Source: Planctomycetota bacterium
GTDB taxonomy: Bacteria; Planctomycetota; UBA1135; UBA2386
Direction of reading: 5' to 3'
DNA: 64,000 nt
Assembly: GCA_046290465.1 (NCBI GenBank)
Contig: JBKAGP010000001.1
Coordinates: forward strand, 1,984,001-2,048,000
Each line of letters opens with the position of its first letter. Position 1 is the first letter of the stretch. The notes under the pieces were generated by a model. It searched no databases and was not told where the DNA came from. It saw only the letters and a program-made list of their open reading frames with translations. Both the position numbers and the translations under genes were made by a program. Shown here piece after piece: positions 1 through 7,952 of the stretch.

Positions 1-225
1 GAAGACCTCGAGCTCGCCCTTCTTGACCGACGACTTCTTGGCCTTCGGCTTCTGCCCGGCCTTGGCCAGCAGCCCGCCGAGACCGGCCGACTTGCTGACG
101 TCGAGAGGAGTCAGGTTGCGGCGCCGGACCTCGGCGATCGCCTCCTGCTGCGAACCCGCCGACACGGTGCCCTTGACCACCTTGCCGGTCTCGTCCCGAG
201 CCTCGTACTTGAACTTGGTTGCCAT
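1..225 (-). CDS. pilC: Type IV pilus / T2SS inner-membrane platform protein PilC/GspF, N-terminus (runs off window)
   Basis: Manually translated from ATG at 225: MATKFKYEARDETGKVVKGTVSAGSQQEAIAEVRRRNLTPLDV...KKGELEVF, a typical PilC N-terminus (F.Y.A.D..GK...G.V.A); directly downstream of pilB. Confidence 0.85.
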   Translation of the reverse strand, partial: MATKFKYEARDETGKVVKGTVSAGSQQEAIAEVRRRNLTPLDVSKSAGLGGLLAKAGQKPKAKKSSVKKGELEVF

Positions 226-277
226 CGTCTGCCGTCCCCGTATTCCGTTCCCTTGATTCCCCTGACGACGTCGCGGA

Positions 278-1993
278 CTAGTCCGCCATCGTCCTCGCCT
301 CGACTTCCTGCAGGCTGGTCTTGCCGCGCGAGGCGTTGAGCAGCGCGCAGCGGCGCAGCGTCAACATGCCCTCGTCGAGCGCCTTCTTCTTGACGTCCGC
401 GATGTTGGCGCGGTCGACGACCATGCGGCGGACCTCGTCCGACATCCGCATCGTCTCGAGCAGCGCGAAGCGGCCCTTGTAGCCACCGGCGCAACGCGGG
501 CAGCCGACCGGCTCGAAGAACTCCATGTTGATGTCCGGGTTCTCGAAGTCGGCCTCGTGGAAGCCGAGTTCGATCAGCGCCTTCTTCGGCACGTCGACCT
601 TCTTCTTGCAGTTCGGACAGAGCTTCTTGCCCAGACGCTGGGCACAGATCAGCAGCGCCGCGCTCGACACCATGAACGGGTCGACGCCCATGTCGATCAT
701 GCGGGTGATCGTCGACGGCGCGTCGTTGGTGTGCAGCGTGCTGAGCACCAGGTGGCCCGTGAGCGCCGCCTTGATCGCGATCTCGAGCGTCTCCTGGTCG
801 CGGATCTCGCCGAGCAGCACCACGTCCGGGTCCTGACGCAGGATCGAGCGCAGCGCACCGCCGAACGTCAGGCCGGCCTTCGGGTTGACCGGCACCTGGT
901 TGATGCCCTCGAGCTGGTATTCGACCGGGTCCTCGACCGTCACCAGGTTGATGTCCGGCGACGCGATGTGGCGCACCGCCGAGTACAGCGTGGTCGACTT
1001 ACCAGAACCCGTAGGACCGGTGACCAGGATCATCCCGTAGGGCTGTGCACAGGCCCACAGGTAGTCCTCCATGCAGCGCTGCTCGAAGCCGAGCGATTGG
1101 ATGTCGAGCGCCAGGTTGGACGAGTCGAGGATCCGGAAGACGGTCTTCTCGCCCCAGACGACCGGCAGGATCGAGACGCGGAAGTCGACCGCCTTGCGGC
1201 CGATCTTCATCTGGAACTTGCCGTCCTGCGGACGCCGCTTCTCGGCGATGTCCAGCTTGGACATGATCTTGATGCGCGAGGTGATGTTCGCCTGCATCCG
1301 CTTGGGCAGCGTCATCGCCTCCTGCATGGTGCCGTCCTTGCGATAACGGACGATCGTCTTCTTCTCGAACGGCTCGATGTGGATGTCGGAGACGCCCTGG
1401 TTGCAGGCGTCGAGGATCATCTTGTTGACGAGCTTGACGACCGGCGAGTCCTCGTCGCTGATCGCGCTGAGGTCGGTGCCGTCGTCCTCGATGTCGTCTT
1501 CCTTGAGCGTGACGTCGCTCTCGTCGAACGAATCGAGGATGCCGTCGACGGACTCGGTCTCCTGCTGGTAGCTCTTGCCGCGGGTGCGCTCGATCTCCTC
1601 CTCGGTCGAGACGACCAGGCGCAGCTGACAACCGGTGACGATCCGGATGTCGTCGAGCTTCAGCACGTCGAACGGGTTGGCGACCGCGATCGTGATGATC
1701 GAGCCGATCTTGTCGACCGGGAACACGCCGTAGTCACGCGCGACGTCCTCGGGCACCGACTCGAGCACCTCCTTGTTGAGGGTCAGCTTCGACAGGTCGA
1801 TCGGCGGGATGTTGGCCGACTTGGCGATCAGCGCGACCAGCTCCTGCTCGGTCGCGACGCCGTTCTTGACCAACACCTCGGTGAACGGGCGCTTCGTCGA
1901 CTGCGCCTCGGCGAGCAACGTGTCGCCAGCGCCCTCTTCGAGCTTGCCCGCCTTCTCGAGGATGGCGCGGAGCTTCTTGCCGAACTGCGACAT
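278..1993 (-). CDS. pilB: Type IV pilus assembly ATPase PilB (GspE/PulE family)
   Basis: 571 aa; SDIHIEP, RRPQDG, Walker A GPTGSGKSTT, TVEDPVEY, LRQDPDVVLLGEIRD, TGHLVLSTLHTN, CPNC/CPRC Zn motif. Confidence 0.95.
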   Translation of the reverse strand: MSQFGKKLRAILEKAGKLEEGAGDTLLAEAQSTKRPFTEVLVKNGVATEQELVALIAKSANIPPIDLSKLTLNKEVLESVPEDVARDYGVFPVDKIGSIITIAVANPFDVLKLDDIRIVTGCQLRLVVSTEEEIERTRGKSYQQETESVDGILDSFDESDVTLKEDDIEDDGTDLSAISDEDSPVVKLVNKMILDACNQGVSDIHIEPFEKKTIVRYRKDGTMQEAMTLPKRMQANITSRIKIMSKLDIAEKRRPQDGKFQMKIGRKAVDFRVSILPVVWGEKTVFRILDSSNLALDIQSLGFEQRCMEDYLWACAQPYGMILVTGPTGSGKSTTLYSAVRHIASPDINLVTVEDPVEYQLEGINQVPVNPKAGLTFGGALRSILRQDPDVVLLGEIRDQETLEIAIKAALTGHLVLSTLHTNDAPSTITRMIDMGVDPFMVSSAALLICAQRLGKKLCPNCKKKVDVPKKALIELGFHEADFENPDINMEFFEPVGCPRCAGGYKGRFALLETMRMSDEVRRMVVDRANIADVKKKALDEGMLTLRRCALLNASRGKTSLQEVEARTMAD

Positions 1994-1996
1994 GGC

Positions 1997-3121
1997 TTAG
2001 CGCTGCCGCCTCCCGTAGCCGCCGCTGGCACCGCCGCCGCCAGCGCCGCCGCCGACGCCGTGGCGTTCCATCAGCCGCTGGAAGTCGGCCTCGTCGCCGG
2101 TGTGCTCGAGCGCGTCCTCGTAGCTGACCGTGCCGTTCTTGTAGAGCTCGAACAGCGACTGGTTCATCGTGCGCATGCCGACCTGCGCGCCGGTCTGGAT
2201 GATCGACATGATCTGGTGCGACTTGTTGTCGCGGATCAGCGCGCGGATCGCCGGGTTGGCGACCATCACCTCGGCGGCCAGCGCGCGGCCCTTGCCGTGC
2301 TGCCGCGGCACCAGCTGCTGGCAGACGATCGCCTGCAGCGTGAACGACAGCATCGTGCGGATCTGCTGCTGCTGGTGCGCCGGGAACACGTCGACGATGC
2401 GGTTGACGGTCTGCGCGACGTCGGACGTGTGCAGCGTCGCGAACGTCAGGTGGCCGGTCTCGGCGAGCGTCAGCGCCGCCTCGATCGTCTCGAGGTCGCG
2501 CATCTCGCCGACCAGCACGACGTCGGGGTCCTGACGCAGCACCGACTTCAGCGCCTTGCCGAACGCGTGCGTGTCGCCGCCGACCTCACGCTGGTTGATC
2601 AGGCAGCCCTTGTTGCGGTGCGAGAACTCGATCGGGTCCTCGATCGTGACGATGTGGCCCTGCGTGTGCTCGTTGATGTAGTTGACCATCGAGGCCAACG
2701 TCGTCGACTTGCCGGAGCCGGTGGAGCCGGTGCACAGCACCAGGCCGCGCGGCAGGTTGCAGATCCACTCGCAGACCTTGCGCGGCAGGCCGATCGTCTC
2801 GAAGTCGAAGACCTCGAACGGGATCACCCGCAGCACCGCCGCGACCGTGCCGCGCTGGATGAACGCGTTGGTCCGGAAGCGGCCGAGGTTGGCGACGCCG
2901 AACGAGAAGTCGAGCTCGAGGTTCTTCTCGAACTTGGCGACCTGGTCGGCGCCGAGCACGGAGTAGACCAGCTTCTTGGTCGCCTCGGGCATCAGTGCCT
3001 CGTACTCCGTGTCGACGAGCTTGCCGTCGACGCGGATTCGCGGCGGAGAACCCACCGAGATGTGAAGGTCGGAACCACCGCGCTGAACCATCAGGTTCAG
3101 CAGTTCTTCCATCGAGACCAT
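1997..3121 (-). CDS. pilT: Type IV pilus retraction ATPase PilT
   Basis: 374 aa; GSDLHI, GSTGSGKSTT, TIEDPIEF, LRQDPD, AETGHL, AIRALIRD (AIRNLIRE-type motif). Confidence 0.95.
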   Translation of the reverse strand: MVSMEELLNLMVQRGGSDLHISVGSPPRIRVDGKLVDTEYEALMPEATKKLVYSVLGADQVAKFEKNLELDFSFGVANLGRFRTNAFIQRGTVAAVLRVIPFEVFDFETIGLPRKVCEWICNLPRGLVLCTGSTGSGKSTTLASMVNYINEHTQGHIVTIEDPIEFSHRNKGCLINQREVGGDTHAFGKALKSVLRQDPDVVLVGEMRDLETIEAALTLAETGHLTFATLHTSDVAQTVNRIVDVFPAHQQQQIRTMLSFTLQAIVCQQLVPRQHGKGRALAAEVMVANPAIRALIRDNKSHQIMSIIQTGAQVGMRTMNQSLFELYKNGTVSYEDALEHTGDEADFQRLMERHGVGGGAGGGGASGGYGRRQR

Positions 3122-3325
3122 GCTGTCGCGCTCCTGTGCAGACCCGCCGACACGGCAGGTCGGTCTCGTCTATCGGCGCACAGGTGGGCGCGCATTGAGG
3201 GTCCCGTGGCCCCCTGTCGAAAACCCCTGCCGGCGGCCCCGAGCCGGCGGCCCCGCCGCCTCTGCCGGCCGCCGCACGGGCCTTGCGCGGACGGCAAGGC
3301 GGTCTCGTCGCGGGACGCGCGCCGC

Positions 3326-5341
3326 TCAGCTGGCGGCGGCGCCGTGGCGTTTCACGACATCGGCCTGCACGTTCGGCGGCACCGGCTCGTAGTGCGCGAA
3401 CCGCATCGAGAACGAGCCCTCACCGGCCGTGATCGAACGCAGCTGGGTGGAGTAGTCCAGCATGGTCGCCAACGGACACTGGGCCTGGATCGTCTGGATG
3501 CCGTTCTCGACCTCCATCCCGGACAATCGACCCCGGTGGCTCGACAGGCTGCCGGCGACGTCGCCGGTGAAGCGATCCGGCACGCGGATCACCACGTCCA
3601 TGATCGGCTCGAGCAACAGCCCGCGCCCCTTCTCGAACGCGTCGACACACGCCCTCTCCGCGGCCAGCTGGAAGCTGATCGCGTCGCTGTCGACATCGTG
3701 GTACTTGCCGTCGTGCAGCTCGACGCCGACGTCGACGACCGGGAACCCGGCGAGCGGCCCCTTGGCCAGGAACCGGCGCGCGCCCTTCTCGACCTCGGGG
3801 ATGAACGCGCGCGGCACCGAACCGCCGACCACCGAGTCACGGAACTCGAAGCCGGCGCCGTGTTCTCGCGGGTGCATGCGCAGGTGCACCTCGGCGAACT
3901 GGCCGCGACCGCCCGACTGCTTCTTGTGGCGGTGGTGGCCAGCCGACGGCACCGTCACGGTCTCGCGATACGGGATCGTCGGCGGCCCCTGCTCGACGTC
4001 GACGCCGTGCCGACGGTGCAGCCGCTGGAACGTGATCTCGAGGTGAATCGGGCTCATCCCGGTCACCAGCAGTTCGCCGGTCTCGGGGTCGCGCGAGTGC
4101 GTCAGCGTCGCGTCCTCGGCGGCGAGCTTCTCGAGCGCGTGGCCGATCTTCTGTTCGTCCCCGCGCGCCTTCGGCCAGATGTGGCGCGAGTAGGTCGGCT
4201 CGGGGAACGCCGGCCGCGGGAACTCGAGCAGCGCCCCCTCGGCGGTCAGCGTGTCGCCGAGCCCGAAATCCTCGATCTTGCTGATCGCGAACAGGTCGCC
4301 GGCGACGACCCGATCGGTCTCCTTGGTCTCCGTGCCGTGCACGCTGTGCAGGTGGCCGATCTTGTGGCTCTTGCCGGTGTGCGTGTCGACCAGCGTCTCG
4401 TCCTTCTGCAGCGCGCCCCGGTAGGCCCGCAAGAACGTCAGGCGGCCGACGTAGGGATCGGAGACGACCTTCCAGACCTTGGCCGCGAACGGCCCCTGGT
4501 CCGGCTCGACCAGCTGCCCGAACACGTCGGTGCCCGGCTTGGCGGCGCCGCGCGCGCCGAAGCAGACCGGCGACGGGAAGTGCAGCTCCATGAACTCGAC
4601 CAACCGCTCCATGCCGAGCCCGCGGTTGGGGCAGACCGCGAACACCGGCACCAGCTTGCCGGCGGCGATCGCGCGACGCAGGTTGTCCTCGAACTCCTGC
4701 TGCGACAGGTGCCCTTCTTCGAGGTAGTGCTCCATCAGCGTGTCGTCGACCTCGGCTTCGTCCTCCTCGATCATCTCGTGGTACTTCGCCGACAACGGCC
4801 CTTCGTCGTGGGTTACGTCGTGCACCGCCGTGAACGAACCGCCCGAGCCGTCGGGGTAGGTCACCGGCACGACCGCATGCCCGAACGCCTCGCGCAGCTC
4901 GGCGACCGTGCGTTCGAAGTCGGTGTTGTCCTGGTCGAGGTGCGTCACGACGATCGCGCGGCCGACGCCGGCGCGGGTCGCGGCGTCCCACAGCTGCCGC
5001 GCGTGGAACGTCAGCGGGCTCGATGCGTTGATCGTCAGCACCGCCGTCTCGACCACGTCGATCGCCGCGATCGCCTCGGCGAGGAAGTCCGGGTGCCCGG
5101 GCGTGTCGAAGACGTTGAGGTCGACCTTGCCCGCCGGGATCCGGAAGACGTGCGACTGCAGCGTCTGGTGGCGCTCCTTCTCCTCCGGCTCGGTGTCGCT
5201 GATCGACGTTCCCTGGCGGGTGTCGCCGAGCCGCGTGGTCAGCTTGAGGTGGTGCGCGATCGCGTCGACCAGGGCCGTCTTGCCAGCGTGTCCGTGGCCA
5301 ACCACAGCCAGGTTGCGAATGTCATCCGAGGCTCTTGCCAT
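3326..5341 (-). CDS. Elongation factor G paralogue (EF-G2-like translational GTPase)
   Basis: 671 aa from ATG 5341 (MARASDDIRNLAVVGHGHAGKT); DTPGHPDF, domain IV HKKQSGGRGQFA, DGKYHDVDS, LLEPIM; G2 and G4 motifs diverge from canonical FusA. Confidence 0.9.
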   Translation of the reverse strand: MARASDDIRNLAVVGHGHAGKTALVDAIAHHLKLTTRLGDTRQGTSISDTEPEEKERHQTLQSHVFRIPAGKVDLNVFDTPGHPDFLAEAIAAIDVVETAVLTINASSPLTFHARQLWDAATRAGVGRAIVVTHLDQDNTDFERTVAELREAFGHAVVPVTYPDGSGGSFTAVHDVTHDEGPLSAKYHEMIEEDEAEVDDTLMEHYLEEGHLSQQEFEDNLRRAIAAGKLVPVFAVCPNRGLGMERLVEFMELHFPSPVCFGARGAAKPGTDVFGQLVEPDQGPFAAKVWKVVSDPYVGRLTFLRAYRGALQKDETLVDTHTGKSHKIGHLHSVHGTETKETDRVVAGDLFAISKIEDFGLGDTLTAEGALLEFPRPAFPEPTYSRHIWPKARGDEQKIGHALEKLAAEDATLTHSRDPETGELLVTGMSPIHLEITFQRLHRRHGVDVEQGPPTIPYRETVTVPSAGHHRHKKQSGGRGQFAEVHLRMHPREHGAGFEFRDSVVGGSVPRAFIPEVEKGARRFLAKGPLAGFPVVDVGVELHDGKYHDVDSDAISFQLAAERACVDAFEKGRGLLLEPIMDVVIRVPDRFTGDVAGSLSSHRGRLSGMEVENGIQTIQAQCPLATMLDYSTQLRSITAGEGSFSMRFAHYEPVPPNVQADVVKRHGAAAS

Positions 5342-5997
5342 GTCAGGTACTCCGTGAGGTTGCGCGCCTCGGACCGCAACCAAGAGAGGCTAGGGAGCGG
5401 GCCAGGGGCGCCGAGAACGGCTGCCCCGACACCGCGGGGAACCTGCACGGAGAGGGCCGACCGGAGAACCGCGGCACCAGGGAACCCCCGCTTATATCCC
5501 TTTCCCGCCTCCTGCGCCGGCCGCCCCGGTCCCCACAACTGCCGGGCCAAACGAGCCACGACGCCACCGATTGTGGACAAACCACAACCGCACCTTCCCA
5601 TCCCCCGCCGCCACGGCACCTTCAGCCGTTCTGGCCCAGCCCCCTGCACCACCCCCCGAGCGACCCCGGAAGGCCCCCGGTACACAACCATCACGCACAC
5701 TGCCTCACGCGCACCGCAGCCCCACAGGGAGCGAGGCACACCGAGCAGAGCACAGCGGGCCGAGCACAACGGGCCATGCACGACGCGCAACCATCCCGCC
5801 AACGTAGCCGCCTACCCGCAGGGCGCCGCAGGCGTGCGCTGGCAAGGAGGACCAGCAAGGCGAGCGGAGGCGGGGCCACGCCCCGCTGAGCATCGCCGCC
5901 GCGCCGCCGGCCCTCGGGGCCGGCCGCCGCGCAGCAGCGGTCCGACGCCGTCCCGCGCGCGCCTGCGGCGTCCCCCCGCCCGTCGAAGCGTGCGCTC

Positions 5998-6642
5998 CTA
6001 CAGGGTGTCGCCGACGACGATCTCAACCCGCCGGTTCGAGGCCTTGTTGCCCCGGTTGAGCGGATCGAACTGGCCGTAGCCGACGATGACGATGGCCGAC
6101 TCGGGCACGCCCTGCTGGATCAGGTAGCGCGCGACGGCGTCGGCGCGCTTGGCCGACAGGTCGCGGTTGCTCGAGTACTTGTCCTTGGTCTTGCTGATCG
6201 GGTCGGTGTCGGTGTGGCCCTCGACGAAGAACCGGCGACCCGAGAACTTCGAGCGCAGCGCCGACGCGACGTTGCGCAGCACCTGGTGGGCCGAGCTCTT
6301 CAACGCGACGCTGCCCGAGTCGAACGTGACCCGGTTGTTGACGCCGATGCTGATGCGACCGCGGCGGTAGCTGACGTCGGCGTCGGTGCCGAGGTCGTTC
6401 TGCAGTTCGTTCAGCAGGCTGTTCGGTTCGCGGCGCGGCGCGGCGGCCTCGACCGGCGCCGGGCGCGAGGAGAGGCGGTTCTGCAACTCCTCGTTCTCGC
6501 CACGGAGGCGGGCGATGTCGCCGTTGAGCGCGCGGATGCGGTCGTCGCGATCGCGCAACATGTCTTGGTAGCGCGTGGTGCAGCTCGTGGCCAGCGACGT
6601 GGCGATGAGCGAGAGAATGAGGAATGCCTTACGGAACTTCAT
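5998..6642 (-). CDS. OmpA/MotB-family peptidoglycan-binding lipoprotein with coiled coil
   Basis: Lipobox LATSC; heptad coiled coil; C-terminal VEGHTD, NRDLSAKRADAV, GYGQFDP, NRRVEI. Confidence 0.88.
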   Translation of the reverse strand: MKFRKAFLILSLIATSLATSCTTRYQDMLRDRDDRIRALNGDIARLRGENEELQNRLSSRPAPVEAAAPRREPNSLLNELQNDLGTDADVSYRRGRISIGVNNRVTFDSGSVALKSSAHQVLRNVASALRSKFSGRRFFVEGHTDTDPISKTKDKYSSNRDLSAKRADAVARYLIQQGVPESAIVIVGYGQFDPLNRGNKASNRRVEIVVGDTL

Positions 6643-6705
6643 GGTGCCTCCCTGTCGAGAACGACGGTGAAAGAACGGATGGCTGCGAGTTGGTGAGGGT
6701 TGCCG

Positions 6706-7665
6706 TCAACGCCGGGCGCGACGCAGCAACCAGAGCATCAGGAACATGGCGCCGACGGCGATCGTCAGCACCAGATACATCGAGGAGGGGTTCTGCCGCT
6801 GCCACTCGGGCCAGTCGACGAACAGCAGCTGCAACAGCCACTCGCCGCCGAACATCGCGACCAGCGCCCCCATGGCGAGATACGGACCGAACGGGATGCG
6901 CGCGAGCAGGCCGCCGCGAAGCGCCAGCACCACGCCGACGACCGCGCCGAACACGCAGCCGAGGAACAGGGTCAGCAGCGCCGCCTTCCAACCGAGGAAC
7001 GCGCCGATCATGCCCATCAGCTTGACGTCGCCGAAGCCCATCGCCTCCTTCTTGAAGACGGCAGAGCCCAGCGCGCGCACGCCCCAGGTGACGCCTCCGC
7101 CGACCACCAGGCCGAGCACGCTCGCCAGCAGCGAACGCAGTTCTGGCGACAGGCTCGCATCGTCGGAGATCATCCCGGCGAGCCCCGGATAGAAGCCCGC
7201 GATCACGCCGACCGCCATGCCCGGCTTGGTCAGCACATCGGGCAGCAGCTGCGTGTCGAAGTCGATGAACGTCAGCGCGATCAGCATCGACACGAACGTC
7301 AGGTGGAAGCCCAGCGCCGTCGCCGCGGCCGCGTCGACGCTGCCGTCGGGCGCGAAGACCGGCCCGAACGGCGGCCACATCGCCAGCACGAACCAGAACG
7401 CGGCGGTCAGCAGTTCGATCGCCGGGTAGCGGAACGAGATGCGCGTGCCACAGCAACGCGCCTTGCCGCGCAGCATCAGCCAGCCGAGCACCGGCACGTT
7501 GTCGTGCCACTGGATCGGGGTGCCGCAGCCAGGGCAGTACGAACGCCCCATCACCGAGCGCTTGCTCGGATCCTCCTGCGGCAGTCGCCAGATGACGACG
7601 TTCAGGAACGAACCGATGCACGCTCCGAACAGAGCTGCTCCCGTTGCGAACACCGTCGAGTCCAT
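6706..7665 (-). CDS. pilD: Prepilin peptidase (A24 family)
   Basis: GSFLNVVIWRLP, RSYCPGC, DNVPVLGWLMLRGKARCC, YPAIEL, FIDFD, AMGFGDVKLM, IPFGPYL. Confidence 0.95.
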   Translation of the reverse strand: MDSTVFATGAALFGACIGSFLNVVIWRLPQEDPSKRSVMGRSYCPGCGTPIQWHDNVPVLGWLMLRGKARCCGTRISFRYPAIELLTAAFWFVLAMWPPFGPVFAPDGSVDAAAATALGFHLTFVSMLIALTFIDFDTQLLPDVLTKPGMAVGVIAGFYPGLAGMISDDASLSPELRSLLASVLGLVVGGGVTWGVRALGSAVFKKEAMGFGDVKLMGMIGAFLGWKAALLTLFLGCVFGAVVGVVLALRGGLLARIPFGPYLAMGALVAMFGGEWLLQLLFVDWPEWQRQNPSSMYLVLTIAVGAMFLMLWLLRRARR

Positions 7666-7866
7666 CGACAGACTTGCGAATGTCGCGCATGCGCGACCCC
7701 TCGTGTGACCGTTGCCGGATGCGGGTTGCGGCCCCTACGACCGCCAGGACGCGCTGACCCACGTCCTGTCTGACCGCCCGCTGGCTGCACGCACCATACG
7801 GTCCCGCCGAACCTGATTCCAGCACGCGTTGCCGCGGTTCCGCGGTCGATTCGTTCAGCCCGGTTG

Positions 7867-7934
7867 GCCCAGCTCAGTAAGCCCAGCTCAGTAAGCCCAG
7901 CCCAGTAAGCCCAGCCCAGTAAGCCCAGCCCAGT
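7867..7934. repeat. 14-bp tandem repeat GCCCAGC(T/C)CAGTAA, about 4.9 copies
   Basis: Units at 7867, 7881, 7895, 7909 and a partial one at 7923; no spacers; just downstream of the stop codon at 7953. Confidence 0.95.
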
Positions 7935-7952
7935 CGGACCGACCCAGTCGGC

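Noticed and set aside
557..6079. 1840-aa plus-strand ORF (and similar: 10792-14184, 17275-22008, 27971-32407, 32408-36310, 49544-52765, 59919-62738)
   Set aside because: Antisense shadow ORFs of well-supported genes; stop-poor because of high-GC codon bias; no recognisable motifs.
5998..6642. Flagellar stator MotB
   Set aside because: Has a lipobox rather than the Asp-containing TM helix, and no motA is adjacent.
7682..7697. Perfect 16-bp palindrome GTCGCGCATGCGCGAC upstream of pilD
   Set aside because: At this GC content a few such palindromes are expected by chance in 64 kb; no second copy noticed.
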